64,000 nucleotides of DNA from Octopus sinensis (taxonomy: Eukaryota): positions 372,001-436,000 of the forward strand of contig NW_021832531.1 in assembly GCF_006345805.1 (NCBI RefSeq), given 5' to 3'. The first letter of the stretch is position 1. Every line of letters starts with the position of its first letter. A model generated the notes under the pieces. It was given only the letters and a program-made list of their open reading frames with translations, searched no databases and was not told the DNA's origin. Position numbers and translations under genes: made by a program. Of the stretch, positions 13,735 to 25,775 are shown one piece after another.

Positions 13735-14247
13735 CTGTATGAGTTATGGTAAGATTAGTCGTTACCTACCTGACCTATCATTATTTCAGTTTTATTTTTA
13801 TAATTGCAGTTATACAAAGATTCGGAAAAAAATAAAATGGTTTCAATGTTTCCAAATTTGTTAATATCTAAAAATTCCTTTAATTGTTCAAAATGTGATC
13901 ACATTGAAACATTAAAATTGAATAAAACTTCAAAATAGTTTTTACCTTTACCTACATAATAAGCACGTATTCTAAGCATTTGATGAAAACTAATCCGAAT
14001 CAGTTTTCAAAAGTATTTGATTCAAGTACTCCACTCAATCAAAAAATTAAAATTGCGATCAAAAAAACGACTCAAAGTTATAATTTCAATAATATATAAA
14101 GACTGTATTTTAGTAAAATATTGTTTTCAAGACCCATTCAGTTCTCCTCCTGATGATTTTATCGATCAAATTACGCAACTTTGTATCCTTGAAAAACAAA
14201 CAAAAAATATAGAGATTAAGAAAAAATACAAATCAAAAAAGAAATAA
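13735..14247 (+). CDS. Small uncharacterised multi-exon gene
   Basis: Exon-like frames LYKDSEKNKMVSMFPNLL, YSKHLMKTNPNQFSK and the last exon PFSSPPDDFIDQITQLCILEKQTKNIEIKKKYKSKKK* (stop 14247). Start uncertain. Confidence 0.4.
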
Positions 14248-14914
14248 ATATAAGTTTACTAGCTCGGCAGCTCGCTTCGCTCACCGCGACCTAGCTCCTG
14301 CGGAGGGCCTGTTTCATCAAACAACTATAAGTTTATGTAGATGTATAAAACTACCTGGTTTAATGTAACCCTATTCTATCGCCTGTTGATAAACGATGTT
14401 TGTCGTCCGTCCTTCCTGGCATATATGAATAAATTTTCTCTTCTGCCTACCCTCGAGCATCCCACATACAGCTGTCCATGTGAAAAGCACTCACTCTCTA
14501 AAAATAACCCAACTACCTTTAATGACTGTCCCTGGGCCTTGTTTATTGTCATTGCAAACTTTTTTTTCATTTTTTGTGGTTTATTTTTTTTATATTTAAT
14601 TTTTTCATTTTTCCTTTGTAATTCCTTTTTTTTCTTTTTTTTTTTTTTACTGGCGGAAATGGGGCAGGGGGAGATACGGCAGGCGGAAATGCGGCAGGCA
14701 AGAAAGCGACACACAAAAAAGATTTAATTAATTACCTTATTAAGCTGACCGTTTTTTCTTCAGCTTCGTTTTTCCTCCTTCGGTTATCTATTTAAAAAAT
14801 TATTTTTGAATAATAAAAAAGTTTAGGAAAAGAGGCATACCGAAAATAAATTCTATCTTTACGAAAAACTCAAGTAAATAGTTAATATTTTTACGCAATT
14901 CTTCTGATTGCGCT

Positions 14915-15120
14915 GTCAATTGGTGGTAAATTGTGTTAACGGTTGTGCTAATGTGGTTTCAACTATCAAAGTGTTTTTCAAAATCTGTTAATTGCACACT
15001 CTATTCAAGGTCGTGCGTCAATTGGTGGTAAATTGTGTTAATGATTGTGCTAATGTGGTTTCAACTATCAAAGTGGTTTTTCTAAATCTGTTACTTGCAC
15101 ACTCTATTCAAAGTCGTGCA
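14915..15120. repeat. Two direct repeats of about 102 bp inside the Helitron
   Basis: GTCAATTGGTGGTAAATTGTGTTAA...CACACTCTATTCAA.GTCGTGC occurs twice in tandem. It is also present in copy 2. Confidence 0.85.
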
Positions 15121-15344
15121 ATCTGTGATTGCACATTCTGTCAAAGTCAAATATGATATAGCTTTAATTTTGATTCATGGTCGATAATGATATATGCATT
15201 TAATTTTAAAGAGAAAAACATAGGATGAATTGAATTTCTTTATCGCGAATAATTGGGAGTTCATCATTGTTAATATTCTCGCTGTCGTTTTCATCAAGGA
15301 TATTCTTAATACGTGAGATTTTTGCCTTGAAGTTTTAATGGACC

Positions 15345-16885
15345 TCATCATGAATGTCGAGGACATTCGCGTTGTTCATTTTAATCAAAATGCAGAAAAT
15401 AATTTTTTGATTTTTTGGGGGAAGGTTTTAAGGACTTCATCATGTAAGTCGAGGACATTGTAGTTGTTCATTTTAACCAAAATGCAGAAAATTTTTTTTT
15501 AATTTTTTTGGGGGGAAGGTTTTAAGGACTTCATCATGTAAGTTGAGGACATTGTAGTTGTTCATTTTAACCAAAATGCAGAAAATTTTTTTTTAATTTT
15601 TTTTGGGGGGAAGGTTTTAAGGACTTCATCATGTAAGTCGAGGACATTGTAGTTGTTCATTTTAACCAAAATGCAGAAAATTTTTTTTTAATTATTTTTT
15701 TGGGGGGGAAGGTTTTAAGGACTTCATCATGTAAGTCGAGGACATTGTAGTTGTTCATTTTAACCAAAATGCAGAAAATTTTTTTTTAATTTTTTTTGGG
15801 GGGGAAGGTTTAAGGACTTCATCATGTAAGTCGAGGACATTGTAGTTGTTCATTTTAACCAAAATGCAGAAAATTTTTTTTTAATTTTTTTTGGGGGGAA
15901 GGTTTTAAGGACTTCATCATGTAAGTCGAGGACATTGTAGTTGTTCATTTTAACCAAAATGCAGAAAATTTTTTTTTAATTTTTTTGGGGGGAAGGTTTT
16001 AAGGACTTCATCATGTAAGTCGAGGACATTGTAGTTGTTCATTTTAACCAAAATGCAGAAAATTTTTTTTTAATTTTTTTTGGGGGGGAAGGTTTTAAGG
16101 ACTTCATCATGTAAGTCGAGGACATTGTAGTTGTTCATTTTAACCAAAATGCAGAAAATTTTTTTTTAATTTTTTTTGGGGGGAAGGTTTTAAGGACTTC
16201 ATCATGTAAGTCGAGGACATTGTAGTTGTTCATTCTAACCAAAATGCAGAAAATTTTTTTTTAATTTTTTTGGGGGGGAAGGTTTTAAGGACTTCATCAT
16301 GTAAGTCGAGGACATTGTAGTTGTTCATTTTAACCAAAATGCAGAAAATTTTTTTTTAATTTTTTTGGGGGGGAAGGTTTTAAGGACTTCATCATGTAAG
16401 TCGAGGACATTGTAGTTGTTCATTTTAACCAAAATGCAGAAAATTTTTTTTTAATTTTTTTTGGAAGGAAGGTTTTAAGGACTTCATCATGTAAGTCGAG
16501 GACATTGTAGTTGTTCATTTTAACCAAAATGCAGAAAATTTTTTTTTATTTTTTTTGGGGGGAAGGTTTTAAGGACTTCATCATGTAAGTCGAGGACATT
16601 GTAGTTGTTCATTCTAACCAAAATGCAGAAAATTTTTTTTTAATTTTTTTTGGGGGGGAAGGTTTTAAGGACTTCATCATGTAAGTCGAGGACATTGTAG
16701 TTGTTCATTTTAACCAAAATGCAGAAAATTTTTTTTTAATTTTTTTGGGGGGAAGGTTTTAAGGACTTCATCATGTAAGTCGAGGACATTGTAGTTGTTC
16801 ATTTTAACCAAAATGCAGAAAATTTTTTTTTAATTTTTTTGGGGGGGAAGGTTTTAAGGACCTCATCATGTAAGTCGAGGACATC
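15345..16885. repeat. Tandem array of a ~94-bp unit, about 16 units
   Basis: The anchor GAGGACAT recurs 17 times at a spacing of about 94-99 bp. Units differ mainly in T-run and G-run length. Confidence 0.97.
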
Positions 16886-16971
16886 GTATTGCCAATTTGA
16901 AGTTGGTGTGCACACACAGACAGACAGACAGACACACACCATACCATTTTATTATTAAGATAAAGTTTTAT

Positions 16972-17583
16972 TATGTCGCGAGCGCAGCGCGCGACCGAGC
17001 GCTAGACGCGACTTTGACAGCTAACAAGCCTGTCATCAACAAATATATTTATTAAATTATTTAAAATTTTAACATGATTTAAAATTAAAATTGAAATAAC
17101 TTAAGTTTTCCATTGAATCCCATAAAATAATTTATAAGTAGACCTTAATAGAAAAAGTAAAATCAATGAATACTGAACGCTAATTTGGTTTAGGTTGTGA
17201 GGGGGGTAATAATTTGACAGATCTCATTGCTATTTTTTCGTTTTAATCTCTAAAATTAGGTCTTCTAATCAAAAATAAACTGTGCAGACAGGCTTGCTCC
17301 TTCAGAAGATTCTTGTTTTGACATTTTAATAAATTATGAAGCATTTAGATTTTTTCTCATTATTCTAAAATATCAATTATAAATTGTAAAATATTATTTT
17401 TATTTATGAAATCGGTTTTAAAGCTCATTCTGCTTTGGCATCGATTTTAATTTTTGTGATCGAATATATTTAAACCCAAATACCAGCCCGTGTATTTGTC
17501 AATTTATAGATTTGTTGATTGATCGGATCTAGAAATTGAGTGGTCGCTCGCTGCGCTCGGTCGCTCGCTGCGCTCGCGACATA
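16972..17583. mobile_element. Unclassified 612-bp non-coding element with 31-bp GC-rich terminal inverted repeats (MITE-like)
   Basis: 16972-17002 TATGTCGCGAGCGCAGCGCGCGACCGAGCGC matches the reverse complement of 17553-17583 at 30/31 positions. The interior is AT-rich with no ORF. Confidence 0.7.
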
Positions 17584-17670
17584 TTATACACTAATATAAT
17601 GTTTTTATTTACATTAAAATATTTCAAATGTTTCATTAGTGTAGATCTTTAAAAAAATTTTTTAATTTTT

Positions 17671-18440
17671 TTATTGTATATCTGCATTTGTAAAAAGTTT
17701 TAATAGATTAAGCGAACGGAGGGCCAGCGGCCTGACTGATCGCCAAACTGTTCCCCGGATAACGGCGATCAAGAACCGCTGGAAAAGCCAGTCCACCTCC
17801 CGAGGATCGTGAGTGCGCATGGAGATTTTGGCCCCGAGCTTGCGAAGGAATTTTTCCGCCTTTGAATCAAGAGCACCCGACGTCTTCACCGCTATCGGCA
17901 TCACGTAAAACTCTTCCGAAAGGGCGGAATATTTGGATATCTTTAAATCTTCAGCCTTCTTAGCGGCAGATTTAGCCTCCAGAGTACACGAAGTTAGGTG
18001 TGAAGCAGAAAAAGTATTCCAGCAGGTTTCGTCCTATACGAGACTTTTCCTGCTCTCAAAAGGGAAAAGGGTATCCCGTCAGGATGTTTCCCGTCACCGT
18101 GGTCAAGACCCGATGGTTCGAGGACCGAAGGAATTCCCGCCGAGTCGAGGGCCCTCCGTATGATGTCGTTTATAGCCGAGTACCTCAAAAAACGTCCGGC
18201 ACTCCTCCTGCACGATAAAGGATGCAGACCGAAAGAGTCAACAGTGCAGCCACAACGACACACGTGCGGGACAAATTGCCTTAGCCCAAGGCGCAGGGAG
18301 ATTCCGATCCTTACCGATTCATCATCGAGAAGAGTGACAGATGAGGCGTTAGGGAATGCTCAAACCCAGGATCCACTGGCCGGGGATGCTGCCAAAAGTA
18401 GGCAAGCGCGGCTGTTTTGGTTTATGACTCGAGCAGCCTT
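17671..18440 (-). mobile_element. CRE-like RLE retrotransposon 3' fragment, decayed
   Basis: CRCGCTVDSFGLHPLSCRRSAGRFLRYSAINDII, GDGKHPDG, HDPREVDWLFQRFLIAVIRG, followed by an A-rich tail on the minus strand. Confidence 0.9.
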
Positions 18441-18569
18441 AATTTTCAAACCCCGATCTAAACTGTCATTTTTTAAAATAAATGATTCTATTTAATTTTT
18501 TAACATTAAGAAAATTAAAAAAATCAATATTTGCTTAAAAGGAAAATTATTAAATTTTTCACTAAAAAA

Positions 18570-21500
18570 TCATTGATTTATATGAGTTTTTTGAAGAACT
18601 TTAAAACGAATATTATCGATTTTTGTTGGTTTAAAAAATCTTTTTAAACTTCTATAAATTACTAATAATTTTAAAACTTTTGTGTATGGTATCCAATCGA
18701 AATAATCAAAAGAATTGGTATCAACGAAATCCAAAAAAGCGATGATGAGTACACAGCATATGCCGTACCATCAGAAAAAATAAATGTAAATAGAATATAT
18801 ACTGAAATGCTCATTATAATTACTAATAAATGTATGACTGTCCACTGGGAAAACATGAAAGATACCTATAATTATTGAATATAGCAACATATACTCTCAA
18901 TGTAACTGTAGCAAAATGATAAGCCATGATAAAATGATAAAAGCTTTGTAAATCATTCAAATCGTGGCCAGTGCTGGAGGTTTGCCCCCATGTTGCCAGT
19001 AGAGTAACAAAAAACACGACAAACGAATTCCAAAAGGATTCAAGAATACATATGGCGAACACTCTTTTGTTGAAATAACGACTCCGAAGAGAATCTTTGT
19101 ATAGTTTTGGACAATTGAATGATTCCTCGGCAGATACATCCTGTTATTTACAATGATATAAAAAAACTTGATCTAATATTCCAAGGACAAAAGGTGGAAG
19201 GGAAGTATAAAACAAATTATAAAATGATATATATTCCATTGTAACTATTTTCTAATGCATTATTCAATAAAATAAATACTTGGGCACTAAAGCCAGTAAA
19301 AAAAATAAACCAAATGTTGAGAGAAGCGAATGAGATATTTTTGAAAAAAAAGTAGTATAAAAATTTTGCAATTCTAACGTAACACCATCGACCATGAACA
19401 AAAAGTAAATTCTGGAGATGTTTAAATTCTGGAATTGAGAAGTCTGAATTCAATGCGGCTTGATTTCCTTCTCTCCCGGAAATTCCTATACCAATATTAG
19501 CGGCTTTTAAGATGAATATATATGATAACCTTTAATCATACTGACATCATTACCTCCATCCCCAATAGCCAATGTAGTTGTATGTGGATAGTGTTTATTA
19601 ATAAATTCGACAATTTCTGCTTTGAGAAGTGGCATCATTCGACAACAGATCACATTTTGGCAAAAAATTGATAATTCGTAAAAATCTTCTGGGCATTCGT
19701 TAAGACAAAATGTCTGAAATACTAACTAAACTGGAATACCGCACTCTCGCCAGTCAAAATAAGTCCAAATAAGCTAATGTTCTCGGGATGTTTGGAAGGG
19801 TGGTCTAGGAGCATTTTTTTATATTCATCATAATCATAATTGTTTTCTGTTATTATTTCTTTTATTTTGTCAAGACAATTTTTTATGCTTTCTTTTATAT
19901 TTTCTGACAATTTAAACACTTCAACAAGAGTATCATTAAACAATCCACAAGAATAACCAATGTTAACAGCGGTCTCTAAAAATTGAAATTAAATTCATTT
20001 CACGAACTAACCCAATTTGTCACCAGTTAACATCCAAACTTTTATATTGATGCTAGCTAATTTGGCCAATGTTTCACAGACGCCGTCTTGAAGTCGGTCT
20101 TCTATCCCAGTAATTCCCAGAAAATTCATATCACGTTCGATTTCGCTGTATATAATTTCTAATCGTTCTGACTTTTTTCCGTCAATAATTTTACTAATAT
20201 AAATTCTGGATTTTAACGGGAAACCATGCATTTGTGTATTTTTCATACCAGTCATCAAATTCTTTCTTAAACAACTGTTTATAAGACATGCAGAGAATTC
20301 TAAGGCCTTCTGACGAAATAAACTGAAAAGTGATGATAAAGTCAACCACCTCAAGATTTTGTTTAATTTTCATTCTTTCCAAGTCTTGTAACTCACAGGT
20401 TGTACAAATAACATCATCTGCACCTTTGCTAAGCAAATAAATATTTCCGTTATTTTCGACAATAATACTCATCCGTTTTCTAGCGTTAGTAAACTCAAGA
20501 GTGCAATAGATTTTGAATATTTCGATCTTCCCATGTATTTCCAGTTTTATTGAATCAACTGTCCTTTCCTTAAAAAATGTTGAGAAATCATATTACTTTT
20601 AAAATGATTCCATGTTTTTTGGCATAATAAATAAGACACTCTTCATCTGCTGACTGTGCCTGGTATTCAATCTGGGCTAAAGATAATAAACAGCTGGAAA
20701 CTATCTGTTTTCACGATTACAGAATGGCAAAGAGCCAAGACTTTAAAAAACAACGTTTCTAATTCTGAGCCTTCTAAAAGACGAGATTGTAAGTCGTCAT
20801 TCTTTTTTTCATCCTTTAAAAATATTATTTCAAAAAATAACCTCCAAGTAAAATTTTTCTCCAATTAAACAAAGTCTAAATTTAAAGAAGTTCTAATTAA
20901 CAATCATAATATAAAATAACCGTACAATTGTAAGGGTTCCGGTTTTATCAGTCAATATATGTTCTATTTGGCCAAGATCTTCAGCCAAAGCTGTAGTTCT
21001 ACACTTTCCTCTGACGTTATTATTAGTACTGATCATATTTTTATCCCAGTTAATAAACAAACTTTGTCCAATTTTGACTAATTCAATGCTAAAAGTCATA
21101 TAAAATTTAGTCACTTACCTAACATAAAGAGATATAGGTACACAATTGCTGTATAAAATAAAATATGAAAGAATCGTGATCAATGAAATAATAGTAGCTT
21201 GGATATCTGAATTCAGTTTTTCTAGAAAGGTAGGAGTAGGTAAATATATTTCAAAGAAGCGACCCACATAATATGACCATAATCCGGAACCCAGAGCGGA
21301 AAGAAGATCAAAAATAAACATTCCAATAATAACCTAAACTATAATATCAGTTTTTAACCTTTAGACATAGCATATTTAATGATTTTTCTATCCCTGTTAC
21401 CTTATAATGCATTTTTCCAGAATTAAGCATAACTTTCGTGTCGTGACCCGTGTATACGACTAATCCAATACACCAATCGGTATTTTTTAGGCTACTTCCT

Positions 21501-22397
21501 CTCAGTAAAAGATTATCAATATTTGCTGACACTGCATTTTGATCTCGACCATTTCTTCCTTCAAAGCTTTTCAAATCTTTGCTGGGTTTTTCACACACAA
21601 ACGTTTCTAGTATAAAAATTATTTTTAATAAACCTTCGAATTGGGATAAAAGACCAAATTCAGATCTTAAATAGTTAAATTCTTGACAGCATATTTTGTA
21701 TTTTAGATCAATTTCTCTATTAAAAAATATTAAATTTTTTTAAATACCCATCAAGATGCTCAGTATTTACGTAGCAATAACCTGTCTCACTTGAAGAACA
21801 AAGTGTAAGAATATCAGCCTTAGTAAATAAAAAATCAGTTTGTTATATCTCACGGGTATTATGTCGTTTTCTTTAATTAAAATAATGTCTCCGACTCGTA
21901 TATTTTTCCATTTATCTTTTTCAAATACTTTATTCCGTTTGTTAAAGATTGAAGCTGTTCGTTCATTGGCAATGCGGTCATCTTTGTGTTTTTTCTATTG
22001 AAATATGAATATTTTTTTAAATACATAATCATCATAGCCATCTTTGATAGCAGTGACTGCTAAAATGAACACCAAAGGAATTATGGTCGAAATATATTCA
22101 ACAGATGAAATATATGGCAATAGCTTTTAATGATCATTATAAATGCACAACCTGTAATATCAAAAGAATAAGAAAAAAAATATTTGGAATTCGATGAAAC
22201 TGCTCGTAGAGGTTAACAAATAAAAAATTATATATTGTGTATTTTGAAGTGATTACAGTATTATCCTGTGAAAATTGAAGAAAAATTACTTTGTATAATT
22301 TTCGTTGTTCACAACCAAACGGCGTAAGAGTAATTATCCTTTCACCGAAATCATTTTCATGATAAGAACGAAATCTCCGCCTTAAACTTGTATTCAT
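18570..22397 (-). CDS. P4-type ATPase (phospholipid flippase, ATP8-like)
   Basis: DNTVITSKYTIYNFL, NLLLRGSSLKNTDWCIGLVVYTGHDTK, VPISLYV, EHILTDKTGTLT (phosphorylation site), LLSKGAD, GITGIEDRLQDGV, VWMLTGDK, TLAIGDGGNDVSMIK, GRWCYVRIAKF. Many short introns. Confidence 0.95.
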
Positions 22398-23084
22398 TAA
22401 AGACTAGTATAATTTCTGCTAATAGTGCGGTAAAAAGTAATTAAAAGAAAATTGTGGTTTGATACGCTATGTCGAACGAACTTTTTATAATTTATATTTT
22501 AAGCAATTTTATTGAACTTTTTATTTGTACTAGTAAAATCCAATTATTTATTATTGTCAATATTGATTATGAATTTATTGAGTTCACTAGCAATGAAAAT
22601 AAAGGCATAAAGACAGTTATGATAAATATCTGAAATAATTTTCAATTATTTCTTTTGGAAAATGGAATTTCTTATGAGGATTAAATTTAATTATTTTTTT
22701 AATTTTAAATCTCCTTTCAAATCACACGGAACTTTAAAAAGCAGACAAGTTATGAAAACATACAATTTTTGACAATAGGGAACTAGAAATATATAACTTA
22801 CAAAAATAGTATAATTTTCTTTTCCCAATAGTATACTGATTTTAACACCCTTGGGTTTATTTATGAAATTTTTAAGATAGTTTCTTTATACAAATTCTCT
22901 TCCTAGTCTTTAAGGTTAAGTATATTGTATGCGAAGAACAATAATTATGCGTCATTGCTAATTGTTTCTATGTACTCTTTTGATTCCTTCCTAATTTTTA
23001 TATCAAATATGACCAAAAAATCGAAAAATTATTTTATTCATTGTATATTTAAGAACTATTTCGATTTATTCGGGTTACTTCTAC

Positions 23085-23671
23085 TCATTTTTTAAATAAA
23101 TGTTGTTTTAATTTTTTAAAATCATTTAGAGATGTTAATTCAAATATTTTTTATTCTATTTACTTTTACCAATTGATTTTTTAACTTTTTGAATTTTTTG
23201 AAGACGATTTTTATTCAATTTATTTTTTCTGGGTGATCCTGGTCTCTGGCTTAGATTAGCTAATAAAATTCAAATTTATTAAAAATACTCATAAACTCTG
23301 TATTTGATTGAATTCCTTTTAATAGGGGAATGTACGGCTGCTTTTCATTTTCTTCAATAAATAAGTGAAAAACAAAAACCATCTATTTTTAGTAAAATAT
23401 AATCTTCACGGTTAGAAAATACGTTGATTCCTGATTCGGCGAGGTCATATTTTGGTAAATTACGCACGAACCCGTTTTCGTCCGCCACGTCTATTTGGTC
23501 TATAATACATTTTAAAAATATGATTTTAACCATCATCATTACAATTACAACGCTTTTTAATGTTTTCTATGATTAAATCTAATCGACAGTTTGGATTAAA
23601 GAAATCGGATTGATTATCTAATAGCTAAAATCCCAATTAAAATAACCTCCGTGTCTCAAAATAAAGTACAT
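23085..23671 (-). CDS. Small protein resembling the CXorf65/C22orf15 family
   Basis: Spliced MYFILRHG-DNQSDFFNPNCRLDLIIENIKKRC...IDVADENGFVRNL...SNREDYILLKID. This resembles the remembered CXorf65 N-terminus MFIFIKHGDNQQFLVNTNC. Confidence 0.55.
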
Positions 23672-24088
23672 ACTTCTTCGCTATTTAGAAAAAACTATGA
23701 AAATGAAACTTGTTGTCAAGGGTGATTTTTAAATAAATTTATTATGTTGTTTAATTATTTTAAATAATTTAATAATTAATTTATCTTGATTTTTCGACTT
23801 TTCATAAAATAGGATCATTTAAAAATATATTTAACAAAAAAATTAAATTGAAATATAAATTATTCACGCTTCAGAGATTGATAGTCACCAATGACTTAGT
23901 CGGATAGATAAAAGTCAATTATTCACGAACACGTAAACAGCGTTGACATTAATTAACTTCTTTTTATTCGGTTTATTAATTATTTAAAAAAACTTTTCGA
24001 TTAAACATGAATTAGTTTATTTAAAAAATTAATTGAGCTATATTTGACAAAATTTAAAGACACAAAACCATTTTTTAATAAGAGTGTA

Positions 24089-25550
24089 CACCCCTCGACA
24101 TTAAAATCCGGACAGTTAATAAATCGTCATTTTTATTAGCAATTTTATTAAATTAAAAACTTAAGCATGCTAATATCATCTATTTTTTTAATTTTATAAT
24201 ATTTATTTATAAATCTTTTTAAAATATTGAGAATAAAGCAAAAACCGATTTTTTTAAGACAAAAAATTCCGGACAAATTTCAAAAAATAAAATATCAATA
24301 AGGAATATGCTTTCCTCTTGATTTATATAACTCTAAACTCCGAGTTTTCATCGAATTTATTAATTTTCGAATAAAATCAATTGGAACTTTATTCCAAATT
24401 TCTAATATTTTCTCCTTTTGTTGATGTTTATTTTTGGTCGATTTTCTGTATCATCCCTCGATAATTCATATTTAATTTTGACCAATATGTTCAATGGGAT
24501 TCATATCGGGGGATTGAGCCGGCCAATCGAGTAAATTAATTTTGTTTGCAGAAAAATACTCCTTTGTTGCTTTCGAAGTATGACATGGGGCATTATCTTG
24601 CTGGAATATGAAGCTGTTTAATCCCATTTTAATGGCTGATTTTTCCAGATTGTTAGCAAGAATGTTTATATATTGTCCTGAGTTTATTTTTTCATCAATG
24701 AAACATAACGAACCCATTCCAAAATATGAAAAGCATCCCCAGACCATAATTTTGCCACCACCACACTTAACAGTTGGCTGATAATTTGAATTTTTGAATT
24801 CATTTCCCCTTTTTCGGTATATAATTTTTTCTTTTACGTGCATAATAAACTTCAAAAGTACACTCGTCTGAAAAAATGACTGATCTCCATCCTTCATCAC
24901 ACATACCAACGAATATTTTCGATATTTCATATCTTTTGAGTATGTTTTTTTTACTCAACAATGGTTTTTTCTTTGCTACTCTTCCAAATAAACCGTTCTT
25001 ATTCAAATTGCGGGTAATTGTTCGCGGGGAAATTACTTTTTGAGTGATGGTTTTCATTTCTAGAGCGAGGTCTTTAGCAGATTTTTCACTATTGGCTTCA
25101 GAAAGTTCCACTAATATTTTGATTTCGTTTGTATTGAGTAATGTTGGTCTTCCAGACCCACTTTTTCTATAAATGGTTCCTGAGTTTATGTATTTTCGAA
25201 TAACATCGAAAACGGTCGATTTCGGAACTCCGAGGATATCAGAAATTCTCCTATAAGAAAAATTTTGCTGGTAATAAGAAATAATTTGTCCTTTACAAAA
25301 AGAATCCATTAATTTGTTCTAAAATATTAAAAAAATTAGCTCTTTTAACTATAATAGCAAAAGTGTCCGGAATTTTACGCCACTGAAAACACGTTTTATG
25401 CTTTTAAATATCGTTTTATAAAACTTTTGTAAATATATTTTTTTTAATATAAAAATATAGAAAAAAATATTATGCTCAAAGGTTTTTTTTCTAAATTTGA
25501 TAATAAAAATGACGATTTATTAACTGTCCGGATTTTAATGTCGAGGGGTG
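24089..25550 (-). mobile_element. Full-length Tc1 (DD34E) transposon with TIRs and TA TSD; transposase frameshifted
   Basis: A 50-bp perfect TIR (CACCCCTCGACATTAAAATCCGGACAG...) is flanked by TA at 24087-88 and 25551-52. Paired-type HTH with GRPTL, VIFSDE, QQDNAPCH...WPAQSPDMNPIE (34-residue spacing). At least two frameshifts. Confidence 0.97.
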
Positions 25551-25775
25551 TATAATGTTTAATATTTATTAAGGGATCTGTCATTTTAATTGATTGAGAA
25601 TAACTTTAAATATTTAATAATTTTTTTGATTTTTAAATATATGTATTTTTTAATAATATTATATATGTATTTTAATTAATAAATATTCGTTCGTGTTGTT
25701 TGTAAATAATTTAATGCATTTTCATATACTTTAATTTTAAATTTATTAATAGGGAGATTATTATTGTCAATTAAC

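Larger units (their letters stand above)
14259..16960 (-). mobile_element. Non-autonomous Helitron (copy 1) with helicase tail and expanded tandem array
   Basis: 5' end TCTTAATAAT with a (GTCT)n microsatellite; 3' hairpin GCGGTGAGCGAAGCGAGCTGC followed by CTAG; A|T target and no TSD. Carries the PIF1-type helicase end [38 protein letters not shown]. Near-identical inverted copy at 33721-35242. Confidence 0.93.

Noticed and set aside
14262-14285. Resemblance to the U6 snRNA 5' end (GCTCGCTTCG and CGGCAGC)
   Set aside because: The two words are in the wrong order, the rest of U6 (ACAGAGA box) is absent, and the sequence is the Helitron 3' hairpin.
14341-14727. Hydrophobic, Phe-rich ORFs (14341-14727, 34715-34963, 34779-35105) as membrane proteins
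   Set aside because: They are antisense or off-frame readings of A/T-run linker and helicase tail inside the Helitron copies.
15345-16885. CRISPR-like appearance of the regular repeat
   Set aside because: Units are contiguous and near-identical with no unique spacers, there are no cas genes, and the context is a eukaryotic Helitron.
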